A stretch of DNA of 35,480 bases from Promethearchaeota archaeon (GTDB taxonomy: Archaea; Asgardarchaeota; Lokiarchaeia; Sigyniarchaeales; SOKP01). The notes beneath the pieces were generated by a model. That model worked only from the letters and a program-made list of their open reading frames with translations. It ran no database searches and was not told the DNA's origin. Numbering within the stretch: the first letter of the stretch is position 1; every line of letters starts with the position of its first letter. Where the stretch lies: the NCBI GenBank assembly GCA_048941265.1, contig JBHLNT010000016.1, positions 1-35,480 of the forward strand, read 5' to 3'. Position numbers and translations under genes: made by a program. Shown in pieces: positions 7,443 through 17,137 of the stretch.

Positions 7443-8192
7443 GTGGTAATAATACCAACAGAAGAAGAAAAATTAGAATTAACAAAAAAACAGATAAAAA
7501 TAGAACGTGTTAAGAATGTTATTCTTGATGGAGCGATAAATTTATTGTCAAACCACCCTTATGAAGATATCTCAATGAATGATATTGCTGATGAGGTTGC
7601 ATTGAGTAGAGCGACAATCTATAACTATTTTAATAAAAAAGAGGATGTCTATTTTGGAATTTTCAATAAAGAATTAGATGAAATTTGCACTAAATATTTG
7701 TCAAGATCCGCCAATCCTAAATCAGAATATGATGAAACTCTATTGATGGCAAAGCTCTTATTCAAAAAACTACATAAAAATCCTTTAATTTTTAGGATTT
7801 ACACCTATTTTTTAGCTAAATTACAAGAATTAAATTTATCAGGCGAAGAATTAATTAGCAACAATGGATTTAATATTGATTATATCAAATCACAAATTCC
7901 CTCTGATTCTGATCATACCAGCTTTATTAAACTGATTGAAACCTTTAATAAGTATGTGAGATTAGCATTTATGGATATAATAAAAAACTCCAATCCGAAA
8001 ATAGTCCAATCTCCATTAAAATTAGTGCAGCTTTACTATATGTTAAGTATTATAATAAATGGATATGGAATAACCTCAAGTTTTCCATTACAACCTAAAA
8101 GTCAGATAAAAAGTACGAATGATAAAGTCGTAAAAGTGCTATTAGAACTGATAGAGAAAATTGCTAAAGGAGATATTTCAATCGATTTTTAA
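7443..8192 (+). CDS. TetR/AcrR family transcriptional regulator
   Basis: ILDGAINLLSNHPYEDISMNDIADEVALSRATIYNYFNKKEDVY is a canonical TetR HTH. Divergent from the GTPase operon; exact start uncertain. Confidence 0.88.
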   Translation: MVIIPTEEEKLELTKKQIKIERVKNVILDGAINLLSNHPYEDISMNDIADEVALSRATIYNYFNKKEDVYFGIFNKELDEICTKYLSRSANPKSEYDETLLMAKLLFKKLHKNPLIFRIYTYFLAKLQELNLSGEELISNNGFNIDYIKSQIPSDSDHTSFIKLIETFNKYVRLAFMDIIKNSNPKIVQSPLKLVQLYYMLSIIINGYGITSSFPLQPKSQIKSTNDKVVKVLLELIEKIAKGDISIDF

Positions 8193-8218
8193 TAGAATTC
8201 GAAATTCGTAATGTCCCT

Positions 8219-8761
8219 CTATTTAGGACGGGTTATAATTAGATTGGTAAGTCTTTCAAAAAGTAAAGACACATTTTCACCCGTTTTAGCGGAACATTCA
8301 AGATAATCATAAACTCCATTAAAGGACTCGGCAATTTCCTGTGCATCCTCAAAGCTAACAGCTCTTTTATATTCCAAATCTTTTTTGCTTCCAACCATTA
8401 ATAGAGGAATTTTTGATCCATTTTTCTTACCACCCTCTTCAAAAATTTCCATCCAACTGTTAAAATTTCTAAAACTGGAAAACCTCGTGATATCATACAA
8501 GAAAATTGCGCCAGCTGTCCCTAATAAATAGTTAGGAAGAATGAATCTGAAACGGTCTTCCCCAGCAAAATCCCATATTTGTAAAGTAACCGCCCGTCCA
8601 TTAAATTCTAAATTTTTTATGTAAAAATTAACACCAATTGTTATTTTTAGGTTATCTTTAAAAACATCCGTCAGATAACGGTTAATCAGAGTTGTTTTAC
8701 CAACCCCCCCATCCCCAAGAATGCAGATCTTGTATATCATTTGAGACATTAACTGAGACAT
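8219..8761 (-). CDS. Rab-like small GTPase
   Basis: GDGGVGKTT, TIGVNF, LQIWDFAGEDRF, GSKKDL, ECSAKTGENV. No C-terminal prenylation Cys. The catalytic Gln is replaced by Glu (DFAGE). Confidence 0.9.
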   Translation of the reverse strand: MSQLMSQMIYKICILGDGGVGKTTLINRYLTDVFKDNLKITIGVNFYIKNLEFNGRAVTLQIWDFAGEDRFRFILPNYLLGTAGAIFLYDITRFSSFRNFNSWMEIFEEGGKKNGSKIPLLMVGSKKDLEYKRAVSFEDAQEIAESFNGVYDYLECSAKTGENVSLLFERLTNLIITRPK

Positions 8762-8999
8762 TCTAATTTAATCTCCAAAATTATTCTAATTTTAAACCTG
8801 TTATTTTTTGTTGATCAATACGATTTATTGACCCTTGACTGTATTAAGATAATAAAATTATTAGTATAAAAAGTTTATGGATAGCCAAAATTTTTAACAG
8901 TATGTCAGAATATTTCAAATTATTTTAATACCAATAAAATTTTAAATCTGTTTTTTCATATATCAATAATCTGAAATCAAACTAAAAATAAGGAAAAAA

Positions 9000-10529
9000 A
9001 TGAAGCTAAAAGTAAAAAAAATCAATTTTGAGACAGGAAATACCAAAGATGTAATTATTAATGTTAAAGATGCTGCTGAACTTGGTCAAAAAGCCGGTGA
9101 ACGAATTATTATTAAAAATATTAAATCTAAATCGATAAACAATAAATCTCGGGTTGCGATTATAGAAATTTCTTATTCCGATACCATAGTTGCTCCAGGA
9201 GAGATTGGAATATTTATAGATACTATTAAAGATATAGAAGAAAATACAATTGTCTCAGTAAAACCTATTGATCCTCCTGATTCATTTAAATTTATTCGGA
9301 AAAAAACTCGAGGTGAAAAATTAACTAGTGAAGAAATTAATAGAATCATCTCAGATGCAGTCTCAGGTCATCTTTCCCAAATCGAATTGGCTTCATTTAT
9401 AACTAGCGTGAAAATAAATGATATGGATAACGAAGAGATGACCGCTTTAACCTTAGCTGAAACTAGAAGCGGGGAAATTTTTTACTTTGGCATGGACGTA
9501 TATGATAAACATTCAACTGGTGGTGTTCCAGGCAATAAAGTATCTTTAATAATCGTACCTATTGTGGCAGCTGCTGGATTAATTATTCCAAAAACTAGTA
9601 CACGTGCTATTACATCACCTTCCGGAACCGCAGATAGTATGGAAGTTTTAGCTCCAGTTGCTTTTAATTCTGAAGAAGTGAAAGAAATTATCTCGAAAGA
9701 AAAAGCATGTATCGTATGGGGAGGGGCATTAGATATCTCACCTGCCGATAATATCTTAATTGAGATTGAGCGCCCCTTACGTATGGATCCAGTAGGTTTA
9801 ATGATTCCCTCTATCTTAACAAAAAAACTTTCTATGGGGGTTAAGAAATTAATATTAGATATTCCAGTTGGTGGAGGAACGAAATTTCCAACTATTAATG
9901 ATGGAGAAAGTTTTGCCCATATTTTTAAAGGAATTGCCCGAAATGTAGGAATTGAAGCTGAATGTGCCTTAACATTAGCACATCAACCTATTGGTCATTG
10001 TATTGGTCCTGCGATTGAGGCTCAGGAAGCCTTAACATTATTGAGAGATTATTCCGCAGGACCTAATTCTCTTATTGAAAAATCAACATCTCTTGCAGGA
10101 ATACTTCTTGAAATGGGAGGAAAAGCAGAAAAAGGAAAAGGTCAATATTTAGCAAAAGAAATTTTGAAAACTGGTAAAGCTTATGAAAAAATGAAGCAAA
10201 TCATTGAGATACAGGGCGGAAATCCTAATATTTTACCAGATGATATTGAATTAGGACCACATGAGAAAAAGTTTACGGCAACTAAAGAGGGACACATAAC
10301 TGAAGTGAATAATGCGATTATTAATCAAATTGCAAAAGCAGCAGGCTGTCCAAATTCAAGAACTTCGGGAGTAAAACTTTATAAAAAGCAGGGCGCGCGA
10401 ATTAAAGAAGGCGATTTAATTTTCAAGATCTATTCAGATAGTCCTTCAAAATTGAAGAGGGCAGAAAAAATATATAATTCTACTGGAGGACCTATAATTC
10501 TGGGTGGGATGATGATTGAGAGGATCTAA
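9000..10529 (+). CDS. deoA: AMP phosphorylase (thymidine phosphorylase family, archaeal long form)
   Basis: DKHSTGGVPGNK, IPKTSTRAITSPSGTADSMEVLAPV, WGGALDISPAD, QPIG..IGPAIEA and an N-terminal beta extension; 509 aa. Confidence 0.93.
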   Translation: MKLKVKKINFETGNTKDVIINVKDAAELGQKAGERIIIKNIKSKSINNKSRVAIIEISYSDTIVAPGEIGIFIDTIKDIEENTIVSVKPIDPPDSFKFIRKKTRGEKLTSEEINRIISDAVSGHLSQIELASFITSVKINDMDNEEMTALTLAETRSGEIFYFGMDVYDKHSTGGVPGNKVSLIIVPIVAAAGLIIPKTSTRAITSPSGTADSMEVLAPVAFNSEEVKEIISKEKACIVWGGALDISPADNILIEIERPLRMDPVGLMIPSILTKKLSMGVKKLILDIPVGGGTKFPTINDGESFAHIFKGIARNVGIEAECALTLAHQPIGHCIGPAIEAQEALTLLRDYSAGPNSLIEKSTSLAGILLEMGGKAEKGKGQYLAKEILKTGKAYEKMKQIIEIQGGNPNILPDDIELGPHEKKFTATKEGHITEVNNAIINQIAKAAGCPNSRTSGVKLYKKQGARIKEGDLIFKIYSDSPSKLKRAEKIYNSTGGPIILGGMMIERI

Positions 10530-10764
10530 TTTATGTCATTTTTAAATAACTTTACTTAATTACAGGGGTAATATTAATAAGTAAGTTTCTATTATCGCTT
10601 GAGATGTTCACTTTTTCATTTTTATATACAATTTATTTTATTTTTGAAATTTTTGAAATTATACCATTTTCTTGTCAAATTCTTGTTTTATTAGAATTGA
10701 ATTGAAAGGATTTAATATTTTACAATATTATTAGACTTATTGATTGCGAGAAGAAAAACGAAAT

Positions 10765-12261
10765 ATGGTCCAGTCGCCCATAACAGTATATGAGAATTTA
10801 AAAAAAGGCAAAATAGATAAACTTTCAGCTACAGAAATTCTAATCTCATTAATCGAAAATATAGATGAGGTAGAGGTTAGACTAGAAAGTATCAATACTT
10901 TACAAAAAATTAGATTTAGAAATAATAAGGTTTTTTCAATATTAGAAAACCTTTTACTCGCTGATTCTAATGAGAATATTCGAAATTCAGCAGGTAATGT
11001 CTTAACAGATTTATTTGAAAACAAAGCATTATCTCCACTAAAATGGGCTTTGGAACATGAAAAATCATTAAATTGCTTAACAAATACAATTTCAAATATA
11101 GGAAATATTGATGATAATAAAGCTAAATACGTTATTTTAAACAAAATAAGTGAAATTAACAAAAAAAAATACCGATATAATCTTAAAATAATATTCAAAG
11201 AAAATAATATAAACTCACTTTCTAATAAGGAACTCGCTGAATTGCTCATTGATTATTATATAATCTCTTCATTAAAGATAAAATTTGGATATCTTAAATT
11301 TGAATCAAATAAAAGTGGTTCGGTAATAAATTTAGATTTATCCAATGTTGATGTACAAAGTATTAATAAATTAACGAATTATTTGGAATCTATATTATCT
11401 CTCTCTTTTCTGCGAAATCTTGATTTAAGTAACAATGATTTGATGAGATTACCTTTAAAACCTGATAAAAAACTCTCCCTCGAACAGCTGAATCTAAGTT
11501 ATAATAGGTTAATTAAACTTCCAGAATCAATAAGCACCCTAAAATTACTAAAATCGTTAAATTTGAAATTCAATAAATTGAGAAATCTGCCTGATTCTAT
11601 TGGTACTCTAATAAATCTTGAATATTTAAATATAAGATCAAATCAACTTAAAAATCTGCCTGATTCTATTGGCTCTTTAAAAAAACTCAAAATTTTAGAT
11701 TTACAGGGAAACAAGCTTACACACTTACCTAAAGCATTAGCTGATCTTAAAAGTCTGAAAGAGCTGCAATTAGGTGGAAATAATTTTAATGAAATTCCTG
11801 GAAGTATTAAAGTTCTGAAATCCTTGAAAAATTTAGGATTGGAAAGAAATAATTTTTCCACTATTCCAAAATGGTTTGAAAATCTTAATTCTCTCAAAGA
11901 GTTAGATTTACATGATAACTTTTTAATTGAAATTCCAAATAATAATTCATTACCACCTTCTCTTGAACTCCTAAATTTTAGAAATAATAAACTCTCATCA
12001 ATTCCATTTTCATTAACTCATCTTATTTATCTAAAAAGGTTAAATTTATCATGGAATAACCTAAGAGAGCTTCCAGATTGGATAGGAGCTCTAACTTCTC
12101 TGGAAGAATTAAATTTATGGGGTAATAAATTGAATACTCTTCCAGATTCGATCATAAAACTTAAATTTCTCAAAAATCTTTATTTAAATTTTACAAATAT
12201 AAAAGAACTGCCTGATTCATTAAAGTTATTGGAAAAGAGAGGGGTTAAAATTAGTCTATAG
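10765..12261 (+). CDS. HEAT-repeat + LRR protein (paralogue 1)
   Basis: N-terminal HEAT-like LENLLLADSNENIRNSA...PLKWALEHE, then 23-aa LxxLxLxxNxLxxLPxxI repeats. ATG 10765 aligns with the paralogue starts (ORF track starts at TTG 10744). Confidence 0.88.
   Translation: MVQSPITVYENLKKGKIDKLSATEILISLIENIDEVEVRLESINTLQKIRFRNNKVFSILENLLLADSNENIRNSAGNVLTDLFENKALSPLKWALEHEKSLNCLTNTISNIGNIDDNKAKYVILNKISEINKKKYRYNLKIIFKENNINSLSNKELAELLIDYYIISSLKIKFGYLKFESNKSGSVINLDLSNVDVQSINKLTNYLESILSLSFLRNLDLSNNDLMRLPLKPDKKLSLEQLNLSYNRLIKLPESISTLKLLKSLNLKFNKLRNLPDSIGTLINLEYLNIRSNQLKNLPDSIGSLKKLKILDLQGNKLTHLPKALADLKSLKELQLGGNNFNEIPGSIKVLKSLKNLGLERNNFSTIPKWFENLNSLKELDLHDNFLIEIPNNNSLPPSLELLNFRNNKLSSIPFSLTHLIYLKRLNLSWNNLRELPDWIGALTSLEELNLWGNKLNTLPDSIIKLKFLKNLYLNFTNIKELPDSLKLLEKRGVKISL
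11583..11672 (+). repeat. Exact 21-bp direct repeat (AAATCTGCCTGATTCTATTGG) in adjacent LRR units
   Basis: Copies at 11583-11603 and 11652-11672, 69 bp (one 23-aa LRR) apart. Confidence 0.85.
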
Positions 12262-12354
12262 CTTTCAATTCAATATTTTTGTATAAAAAATCGTGTTGTT
12301 ATAAAATAAAATCAAAACTTTAAAAATAATAAAGCAATTTATTGAACTAGAATA

Positions 12355-13860
12355 ATGGAAATATCTCCAAAACAGATTTACAAAGAGTACACTGATAAAA
12401 ATTTAGCCGCAATGAATGCAGTAGATCAATTAATTTCATTAATTGACAATTCAGATACTGCTGACATTAGAATTGAAAGTATAGAATTCTTAGAAAAAAT
12501 TGGTTCTAAAGATGATAATGTGTTTAACCATTTAGAAAATCTACTAATATCTGATTCAAATGAGAATGTAAGAAATAAAGCTGCACGAGCTATCAAAAAT
12601 CTTTTTATTGATAAAGCCTTTGAACCAATGAAATGGGCTTATCATCATGAAACATCAGTAAATTGCTTAATCATAATTATTTCGACTTTAGGTGAAATTA
12701 GGAGCCAAAAATCTCAACAATTTTTAATTAATATAATGAAAAAAATTGAAAATCATCAATTTAAAAAAAGTATCAATGAATTCTTTAAAAATGAAGAATT
12801 TAATAGACTTTCCAATCAGGTTCTCGCTGATATTGTTAATAATTATATTGTAATTAAGAATTTTGAAGAAAAATTTACGAAAATCAGCTATAAAATTAAT
12901 AATGGATTTGTTGCTGAATTAGATCTATCTTGTATTAGTAGCAATATTTTTGGATGGAATATTTTAAAAAACCTCCCGGATTTTATAAGTGTCTTAAAAT
13001 ACTTAAAAAAACTCGATTTAAAAATTAACAGAATCGCATCATTGCCAACCTCAATCGGCTCTCTTTCATCACTTAAATATCTAGATTTGAGTAATAATGT
13101 CATTAAGCGTTTGCCAGAATCAATTGGTAATTTAAATCTATTAGAATTTCTTTATCTACGATATAATAATTTAAAAAACATTCCAAAATCTATTGGCTTA
13201 TTGAAGAATCTAAAAATATTAGATTTAAGACACAATAAATTATCATCTCTCCCCGAGACAATTCATAACTTATACTCTCTTGAAGTCTTTGATCTTCATG
13301 GAAATCAAATAGATGAACTTCCCGTTTCTCTAAAGCAGATCTCATCTCTTAAGAAATTAGAATTAGGGTTAAATAATCTAAAATTTTTACCAATTTGGAT
13401 GAAAGATCTCAGAGATTTAAAAATTTTGGGATTGGGAGGAAATAAACTATTATTTAAACTTCCTGAATGGATTGGATCATTATCTTCTCTCTTAGAATTA
13501 CATTTATACGATAATAATCTTAGTGAACTCCCAAATTCTATAGGTTTATTAAGTTCTTTGGAAGAATTAACATTGCGAAATAATCAACTTACTACACTAC
13601 CAGAATCATTTAGAAATTTATATTGTCTTAAAAAATTAAATTTAAGTTGGAATAACTTTACAAACCTCCCCGATTGGATTGGTTCTCTGACATCTTTAGA
13701 AGAATTAAATTTATGGGGAAATAAACTCAAAAATCTTCCCGATTCAATTAGGAATCTCACATCTCTAAAGGTTATAAATTTAAATTTTAATAAATATATC
13801 ACTGAACTTCCCGAATCCATTAAATACTTGGAAAAAAAAGGAGTTATTATCTATATATAA
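12355..13860 (+). CDS. HEAT-repeat + LRR protein (paralogue 2)
   Basis: Same N-terminal module (LENLLISDSNENVRNKAA...PMKWAYHHE) and regular LRRs; last repeats nearly identical to paralogue 1. Confidence 0.9.
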   Translation: MEISPKQIYKEYTDKNLAAMNAVDQLISLIDNSDTADIRIESIEFLEKIGSKDDNVFNHLENLLISDSNENVRNKAARAIKNLFIDKAFEPMKWAYHHETSVNCLIIIISTLGEIRSQKSQQFLINIMKKIENHQFKKSINEFFKNEEFNRLSNQVLADIVNNYIVIKNFEEKFTKISYKINNGFVAELDLSCISSNIFGWNILKNLPDFISVLKYLKKLDLKINRIASLPTSIGSLSSLKYLDLSNNVIKRLPESIGNLNLLEFLYLRYNNLKNIPKSIGLLKNLKILDLRHNKLSSLPETIHNLYSLEVFDLHGNQIDELPVSLKQISSLKKLELGLNNLKFLPIWMKDLRDLKILGLGGNKLLFKLPEWIGSLSSLLELHLYDNNLSELPNSIGLLSSLEELTLRNNQLTTLPESFRNLYCLKKLNLSWNNFTNLPDWIGSLTSLEELNLWGNKLKNLPDSIRNLTSLKVINLNFNKYITELPESIKYLEKKGVIIYI

Positions 13861-13887
13861 AAATAATATGCAATGTGAAATAAAAAA

Positions 13888-15246
13888 ATGGAATTAACGC
13901 CCAGTAAAATCTACGAAGAATATTTAAAAAATAATCTAGATAAATTCTCTGCAGTAGATTTATTATTTTCATTAATAGATAATAGTGATAAAGAAAAAAT
14001 AAGAGTTGAGAGTATTAAGGAATTGGAACATATCAGAATAAATGATGTTAAAACATTTAAACATTTAGAACATTTATTAATTTCAGACTCAAGTGAAAAG
14101 GTAAGAAACACAGCGGCTTTAATGCTCAGAAGCCTTTTCTTAGATAAAGCATTAGAGCCAATGAAATGGGCGTTAAAACATGAGGATTCACCTTTATGCT
14201 TAAAAACGATTTATTTAACCCTTTTGGAAATAATTCACAATATTGTTTCACGAGAAGATGAGATATCCAAGCTAGTATTACTTACCGAAGTAGAGAAAAT
14301 TGAAAATAAAGAATTTAAAATTGGATTTGAAACATTACGTGAATTGAATGGAATCGAGAGTTTTACAGTAGCGGAATTAGCTAATATTTTAATTAATTAC
14401 TTAACCCTATTATTCTTAAAAAAAACTTACTGGAGATTAAAATTTAAAATTGAATCCTGTAAAATTGTAGAATTAGACTTTATTTTTAAAGGATTAACAC
14501 ATTTACCAGAAGCCATAAAGAATCTTACTTCTCTTAAAACACTAATTTTTAGATATAATCAAATATTTGAATTACCAGATTGGATTGGATCGCTAACTTT
14601 GCTTGAAAATTTAAATTTTAATGTTAATAATATTAAAAAACTCCCTTATACTATAGGATCACTAACTTCTCTTAAATCTTTGTCACTTTGGAAGAATGAA
14701 ATTAAATCCCTTCCCGATACTTTAGGTTTATTAATTTCCTTAGAAATCCTTAATCTAAGAATTAATGATTTAAAAGAATTGCCAGAAACCATCGGGAATT
14801 TAAATCTTCTTAAGGAATTGAATTTACATGATAATAAGTTGCATATAATACCCCATTCAATAGGGTCTTTATTCTCATTAAAATCTCTTAATTTAAGTTG
14901 GAACAATTTGGGAGTTATTCCTGAAACTATCGGTTCACTTGATTCCCTTGAAATTTTAGATTTGGAGAGAAATGAATTAACCTCTATTCCTGGATCTATT
15001 GGCTTTTTAAAATCCTTAAAAAGTTTAAATTTAAGTGATAATAGATTAGTAGAACTTCCTGAGTCCTTAGGATCTTTGTCACCACTTCAATATCTTAATA
15101 TCTCGAGAAACTATTTGAAAACAATTCCAAAATCTTTAACAAAATTATCAAATTTAAATGAGCTATATTTAAATGATAATAAATTTAATGATATTTCAAA
15201 TATACTAGAAGAGTTAGAAAATAATGGTGTTCAAATTTATTATTAA
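13888..15246 (+). CDS. HEAT-repeat + LRR protein (paralogue 3)
   Basis: LEHLLISDSSEKVRNTAA...PMKWALKHE followed by LRRs of the LPxxIGxLxxL type. Confidence 0.9.
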   Translation: MELTPSKIYEEYLKNNLDKFSAVDLLFSLIDNSDKEKIRVESIKELEHIRINDVKTFKHLEHLLISDSSEKVRNTAALMLRSLFLDKALEPMKWALKHEDSPLCLKTIYLTLLEIIHNIVSREDEISKLVLLTEVEKIENKEFKIGFETLRELNGIESFTVAELANILINYLTLLFLKKTYWRLKFKIESCKIVELDFIFKGLTHLPEAIKNLTSLKTLIFRYNQIFELPDWIGSLTLLENLNFNVNNIKKLPYTIGSLTSLKSLSLWKNEIKSLPDTLGLLISLEILNLRINDLKELPETIGNLNLLKELNLHDNKLHIIPHSIGSLFSLKSLNLSWNNLGVIPETIGSLDSLEILDLERNELTSIPGSIGFLKSLKSLNLSDNRLVELPESLGSLSPLQYLNISRNYLKTIPKSLTKLSNLNELYLNDNKFNDISNILEELENNGVQIYY

Positions 15247-15262
15247 GACTATAATATTGCAA

Positions 15263-17023
15263 CTATTGAGTCTCATATAATTCTTTTATCTCATTAACAG
15301 TTGTTATATCTTTTGGACCTTTTTCAGGACGAAAACGTTGAAAAACTGGAAATCGCATTGAATATCCTAATGAAGAAAATTTATCACTTATTGTAATCTC
15401 ATCCCCAATAATCTCGATCACAATTTCAGGCATTAACCATTGATCAGGCTCATCATCACAAATTACATACTTAGGTTTTCTGTCTATTTCAAATTGCTTC
15501 ATTTCTTTCTTTAAAGTGTCCATTATCTCATCCGTCCATCCTGAAGCGATCCGTGTAAAAGCTTCAAAAGCATCATTATCCGGGTCGTAAACAGCACCTA
15601 TATATGTCCCATACACTCCTTTTCGGCGACCTCTTCCATAAAAAGCTCCAACCAATACAACGTCTACTGAATCTTTTAATTTACCTCCTTCTAAGCCTTT
15701 CATTTTTATCCATAAAAACCCTCTATTTCCAGCTTGATAAAGAGAATCTACTTTAATTGATTTGGCTATGATTCCTTCAGTACCTGCACTTCTAGCTTCA
15801 TTGAAAAAATCTAATAGCTCATCTGTTTTATTAATTAACACAGATTTAACTAATCTTAACTCATCCCTCTCTTTAACTATTTGCTCAAGCTTTTCGCGAC
15901 GTTCTGGAAATGGTTTTTCAATAAAAGACTGATTTTCATATTTTAAAAGATCAAACAGAAATACACATACAGGCACTTCTTTTGAGATATCTGCAACGTC
16001 ATATTTTCTTCTTCGTTTACTTAAAACCTGAAATGGAAGCATTTTTTCATAAAAGGGATCCATTGCCACCACTTCTCCCTCAATAATAATATTATCTGCA
16101 TTTATACTTTCTTTTATGATTTTACATACATCTGGATATTGATCAGAAATTTCTAGTAGCCTTCGAGAGAAAAGTAATACCTCATCACCTTGTTTATGGA
16201 TTTGTAATCTTTCTCCATCTAATTTATATTCAGCAGTAAATGGAGTCCCTAATCTAGTTTTTATCTCTAAATAGGGAACACGTGAGGCAAGCATACTTCT
16301 AACAGGAATTCCGTATGAAATTCCAATTTTTTTAACTTCATTAATCCCTTTTTCTGCCAGAATTTTTGTTACATCTCCTAAATCAGGATGTAAATTAAAG
16401 GCTTTTTCTATTTGGTCCCTATTTTCTTTTGATCCTGTAAATCCAATTGAGAGACCATCAATAATAGTTTGAGTTGATACTCCAACTCTTAAAGTTGATG
16501 TTATTATTCTTAATAGATATTTCGTTTCTAATGGAGAGCATTTTCTCATGAGCCCTCGCAATATCCCTAATTTGATATCATGAGAACCAGCTCCTTCCGT
16601 TTGAGCTATTTTTTTTAATTCGGAATAAAGTTCTGAAATTTCTAGTGAACTCTGACCAGAACTACCATTTTTATCAAAATCTAATAAGGATTTTTGCTTT
16701 TTCTGTTGTTTCGATAAAATTATTTCTGCTGTCGCTCCGATGTCTCCCTTTTTAAGTAAGATCTGTTTTATTTTAGTTTTTTCAATGCCCGAATGGATAG
16801 ATAAAGCTTCGATTAACATTTTTTCAGCAATACCCATTTTTGGAAATTGTTTTATATTTGATACTAATTGACCTTGTAATAAATAAATAATTTGCTCTAA
16901 ATCTTCAATCTCATGGTTTATTTTAATGTTTTTAAAGAAGTTTGATAAGATATCTGTCATTTCGAGCCTTTTTGTAGTAGCTTCTAACTGGGAAAATAAT
17001 TTTGCTAGTTTGTTGAATTTCAT
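15263..17023 (-). CDS. lig: ATP-dependent DNA ligase
   Basis: Motif I EYKLDGERLQIH, IIEGEVV, FLFDLL, EGIIAK, WIKMK, RFPVFQRFR. ATG at 17023 preferred over the TTG at 17029. Confidence 0.96.
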   Translation of the reverse strand: MKFNKLAKLFSQLEATTKRLEMTDILSNFFKNIKINHEIEDLEQIIYLLQGQLVSNIKQFPKMGIAEKMLIEALSIHSGIEKTKIKQILLKKGDIGATAEIILSKQQKKQKSLLDFDKNGSSGQSSLEISELYSELKKIAQTEGAGSHDIKLGILRGLMRKCSPLETKYLLRIITSTLRVGVSTQTIIDGLSIGFTGSKENRDQIEKAFNLHPDLGDVTKILAEKGINEVKKIGISYGIPVRSMLASRVPYLEIKTRLGTPFTAEYKLDGERLQIHKQGDEVLLFSRRLLEISDQYPDVCKIIKESINADNIIIEGEVVAMDPFYEKMLPFQVLSKRRRKYDVADISKEVPVCVFLFDLLKYENQSFIEKPFPERREKLEQIVKERDELRLVKSVLINKTDELLDFFNEARSAGTEGIIAKSIKVDSLYQAGNRGFLWIKMKGLEGGKLKDSVDVVLVGAFYGRGRRKGVYGTYIGAVYDPDNDAFEAFTRIASGWTDEIMDTLKKEMKQFEIDRKPKYVICDDEPDQWLMPEIVIEIIGDEITISDKFSSLGYSMRFPVFQRFRPEKGPKDITTVNEIKELYETQ

Positions 17024-17137
17024 AAACAATCTACATAAGATATTATCAATGAATATTAACTTATTCTATATGAGTAGATAATATCAAAAATCCCTAAAAA
17101 ATGCATGCTCGGACTTCAAAAAAAATTAAGAAAAAAA

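Noticed and set aside
10737-14906. Short minus-strand ORFs within the LRR genes (10737, 11643, 12888, 13584, 13911, 14646)
   Set aside because: Antisense to well-supported genes, low complexity, no motifs.
10765-15246. CRISPR array or DGR target repeats
   Set aside because: The periodicity is 69-bp coding LRR units; no repeat-spacer structure, no reverse transcriptase and no adenine-specific TR/VR pair seen.
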